Positions 61,390 to 64,000 of a stretch of 64,000 nucleotides of DNA are shown here, one piece after another; position 1 is the first letter of the stretch, and every line of letters starts with the position of its first letter. The stretch covers positions 1-64,000 of the forward strand of contig CAVQFQ010000009.1 of the NCBI GenBank assembly GCA_963711835.1. Reading direction: 5' to 3'. A program made the translations under genes and the position numbers. The notes under the pieces were generated by a model. That model saw only the letters and a program-made list of their open reading frames with translations. It was not told the DNA's origin and did no database searches. This DNA comes from an uncultured delta proteobacterium. GTDB taxonomy: Bacteria > Desulfobacterota > RBG-13-43-22.

Positions 61390-61456
61390 GCTGTCTTTCC
61401 CGTGAATAACAATCCCTAAGGACAGGTCCACCTTCGAGGCATTAACTTTAGGGCAC

Positions 61457-61660
61457 CTATAATTCTTTTACCACTTGGAAACGGGAAACCAGGAGGTATC
61501 TTTCCACCGTCACCTTGAAAAGGGCACAGGTCGGGGAGGAGACAAAATCAAGCAGATGGGGATGGCGGTCCAGGTAAAGCTGCTCATAATGCTCCCGGTC
61601 TCCTCCTCCCAATTCCAGGGCTTTTCCCAGGATGGTCACCGCCCTGGCCTCGGAAAGCAA
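61457..61660 (-). pseudogene. C-terminal fragment of a PNPOx-family protein
   Basis: AVT.LG.A.E......YL.RHPHL.DFV.SPTCAL......Y.LVSRFQ; no N-terminus. Confidence 0.6.
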
Positions 61661-61677
61661 CCTCTTATCAAAGCCTG

Positions 61678-62055
61678 CTATGGTCGTCGAGAAATTCGGG
61701 TTCCGTCTTTGATCTGGTTGCTGGGATGAGGGATGACCTCTTCCCCTTCTTTCAATCCTTTTATAATCTCCGCTTCAAAAGCCCCACGCCGGCCCACCCC
61801 GCCCTCACGCCGCCGGGCCCGCCCGCCCTGATTGACAAAAACCGCCCATCCCCGGCCCAGTCGAAAGAGGGCGCTGGAAGGAATCTTCAAGACCCCTTTC
61901 CCCTTCCAGACGATGATCCGGGCCTCGACCCGGAAGCCGTCGCCCAAAGGACTAGGAGGATCCACAAAGTCGCAAATGACATTGACCCGCTTTTCCTCCA
62001 CGCCCAGGGCCGAGACCTTGGTGAAGCCCCAGGGCTCCACCAGTCGCACCCTGGC
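61678..62055 (-). pseudogene. C-terminal fragment of an efflux adaptor (HlyD/MFP) gene
   Basis: VRLVEP.GFTKVSALGVEEKRVNV, LGDGFRVEARI, IPSSALF, GL.EGEEVI.HPS; no N-terminus. Confidence 0.7.
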
Positions 62056-62106
62056 CTGATGGGAGGGTGACTTTTTTAGGTTTAGCCTCTATCGTTTTTT
62101 TGTCAC

Positions 62107-64000
62107 CTACACATTTTCCAAAGCGAATATTATTTCCCCCGGTTGCCCGTCCGGGGTGACAGGGAAACGCCAATTTTTTATCTGTTCCCTGAGACACTTC
62201 TGGAGTGCCGGTAACGGGTTCGAGTCGAAGATGACTTCTTTTACGGTGCCGTCCGGATTAATCCTTAGTTTGATAATTATTTTGCCTTTGTGTTTGCCTT
62301 TCTGAAAACACTTCTCAATCTCCTGGATATTCTTTTGCAGTACCTTAGCAACCTCTTCTTTGATCCGGTTGCCAGATACTTGTATATCCGAAAAGGATAC
62401 GAAGTCCCGCTTATCCTTCTCTTCTTTTTCCCTGGCGGTATTCTTTTGGTAGAGGGCATCGGCGGCTTGGGCCGGCGTCAGGGCGCTGACCGAGCCGGCC
62501 GGGGCCGACAGGGCTAATTTCCTGGCTTCGCCGACGGCATAATCGGAAACCCCCTGGGGAAGAGGAAGGGGCTGTTTGACCGTTGTGGGGGACCCGTTTT
62601 TATTGCGTATCTCGGTGTCTACCGCCACAAAGGAAGTGTAGGCCGTCAACAGGTTATATTTTAGCGCAAGTTCCGTGACTTCCCGGGTGCGGCGGTCTTC
62701 AGGCCGGAGTTTGTTGAAATCCGAGAGCAGGGTAATTTTGTGCCGGGCCCAGAGGTAGCGAAGCCCCTGATCGGTCTTTAAGGGTTTTGTGCCACCTACC
62801 TCAATGGCCTCCTGAAAAGGACCTTCCCCCGAAAGACCACTTAACAAGATTTTTCCTTTCGGCCGGCCGCGCCATTTTCCAAAAATAACAATAGGGCGAT
62901 CCGCAAATAAGTCCGGGATGCCGGCCGGCTCCACATCGTAAACGGAGAAGCCCTCAAAGCCGATCTTAATTTTGGTCAGGACCGGGGACTCGATCATCTG
63001 CCGAAACCGTTCGGCCTGGGCCGGGGCCTCATGGGGATCGGTGATGACAAAGGATTCGCCCATTCCCACATGGGCCAGGCCTTCGATGATGTGGCGGTTG
63101 ACGCTGCTGCCGATCCCGAAGGCGAACATATTGGCTTGACCGAGATTTTTCCGGATCAGCTCAAAGACCTCTCCTTCCACAGTTACATAGCCGTCCGTAG
63201 CGATGACGATGGTCCGTGAATAACCGTCAGCCTTCTCAAGATCCAAGGCCCGTTTCAGGGCCGGCAGCAGCTCGGTGCCCCCGCCTCCCCGCTGGCGGTC
63301 GACGAGTTGAAGGGCCCGGTCGATATTCTCGCGATTGACCGGGAGAGATTGGTTGGACAAGAGCGACGATCCGCCGGAGAAAAGAAGGACATTGAACCGA
63401 TCGGTAGATCGGAGACGGCCGATCAGATCTTTCAATAAATGTTTTGAGATCTCCAAAGGAAAGCCGTGCATGGATCCGGAGACATCGACAATAAAAATAT
63501 ATTCACGGCCCGGGATCTGTTCCCTGGCTACTCGTTTGGGAGGCTGCATCTGAAGCAGAAAGAAATTCTCTTTTTCTCCTTCAACCAAAAGAAGCCCGGA
63601 CTGAATTTGCCGGCCGTTGAGGCGGTAGCGCAAAATAAAGTCCCGGTTGCCGCCCTGTTTCTCTAAAGGATCCAGCACAACCTTGGCCTCGGAAGGACCG
63701 GCAAAGCTGGTTTGGACCTTGTGGGAGGGACAGAAGAGATCCTGGATGGGCAGACCGGCTGCCAAGGAGAGACTCAATTCAAAGGTATAGGTCGGCCTCT
63801 CAGCCTGGTGAAGATAGGGGTTTTGCACCCAATGCTCTTTGGCGGGGGCCGATGCCGCGCCTTGATTGGAGTAACGGGGCCCGACTACCGTGGGATAAAC
63901 GAATTCGTAGACGCGATCCGTGGGCACCAGCAACTCGGTATATTTCAGCTCCACCTTGATCTCGTCGCCGGGCATGATATTGGCCACATTCATCTGGAAG
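62107..64000 (-). CDS. VIT + von Willebrand factor A domain protein with C-terminal TonB-C/AgmX-like domain (5' part outside window)
   Basis: FQMNVANI.PG, P.VVGPRY, MIDAS DVSGSM, GGGTE, TDG, YTSFVAVD, then CLREQIKNWRFP. Confidence 0.85.
   Translation of the reverse strand, partial: FQMNVANIMPGDEIKVELKYTELLVPTDRVYEFVYPTVVGPRYSNQGAASAPAKEHWVQNPYLHQAERPTYTFELSLSLAAGLPIQDLFCPSHKVQTSFAGPSEAKVVLDPLEKQGGNRDFILRYRLNGRQIQSGLLLVEGEKENFFLLQMQPPKRVAREQIPGREYIFIVDVSGSMHGFPLEISKHLLKDLIGRLRSTDRFNVLLFSGGSSLLSNQSLPVNRENIDRALQLVDRQRGGGGTELLPALKRALDLEKADGYSRTIVIATDGYVTVEGEVFELIRKNLGQANMFAFGIGSSVNRHIIEGLAHVGMGESFVITDPHEAPAQAERFRQMIESPVLTKIKIGFEGFSVYDVEPAGIPDLFADRPIVIFGKWRGRPKGKILLSGLSGEGPFQEAIEVGGTKPLKTDQGLRYLWARHKITLLSDFNKLRPEDRRTREVTELALKYNLLTAYTSFVAVDTEIRNKNGSPTTVKQPLPLPQGVSDYAVGEARKLALSAPAGSVSALTPAQAADALYQKNTAREKEEKDKRDFVSFSDIQVSGNRIKEEVAKVLQKNIQEIEKCFQKGKHKGKIIIKLRINPDGTVKEVIFDSNPLPALQKCLREQIKNWRFPVTPDGQPGEIIFALENV

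Overview
Chromosomal window from a GC-moderate anaerobic bacterium, most likely Desulfobacterota/'Deltaproteobacteria'. This is inferred from the tRNA-Gly-rimP-nusA-ylxR-infB-DUF503-rbfA-truB-rpsO-pnp-M16-dut block and the protein styles. It contains the end of a liv ABC operon, an acyl-CoA ligase, a TPP-riboswitch-controlled thiM-thiW-ECF operon, two B12 radical-SAM genes, four PAS c-di-GMP enzymes, a TetR-RND efflux operon, two toxin-antitoxin (TA) hotspots, and a decaying photolyase/DUF523 light-stress cluster. Several genes, including essential infB, carry single-base frameshifts often at homopolymers, so many breaks are probably sequencing errors. Three unexplained signals stand out. (1) Two CRISPR-repeat-like 30-36 nt direct repeats, one with a leader-like flank, bracket 1.8 kb of TA genes with no cas genes in the window. 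(2) An adjacent BREX-3-like locus is reduced to two stubs around an intact Schlafen/AlbA-HATPase-HTH gene. (3) Long nested-hairpin intergenic elements recur, including a ~150-nt dispersed unit seen three times that forms a ~320-nt fold-back where two copies meet. All family assignments come from motif recognition; no database searches were run.
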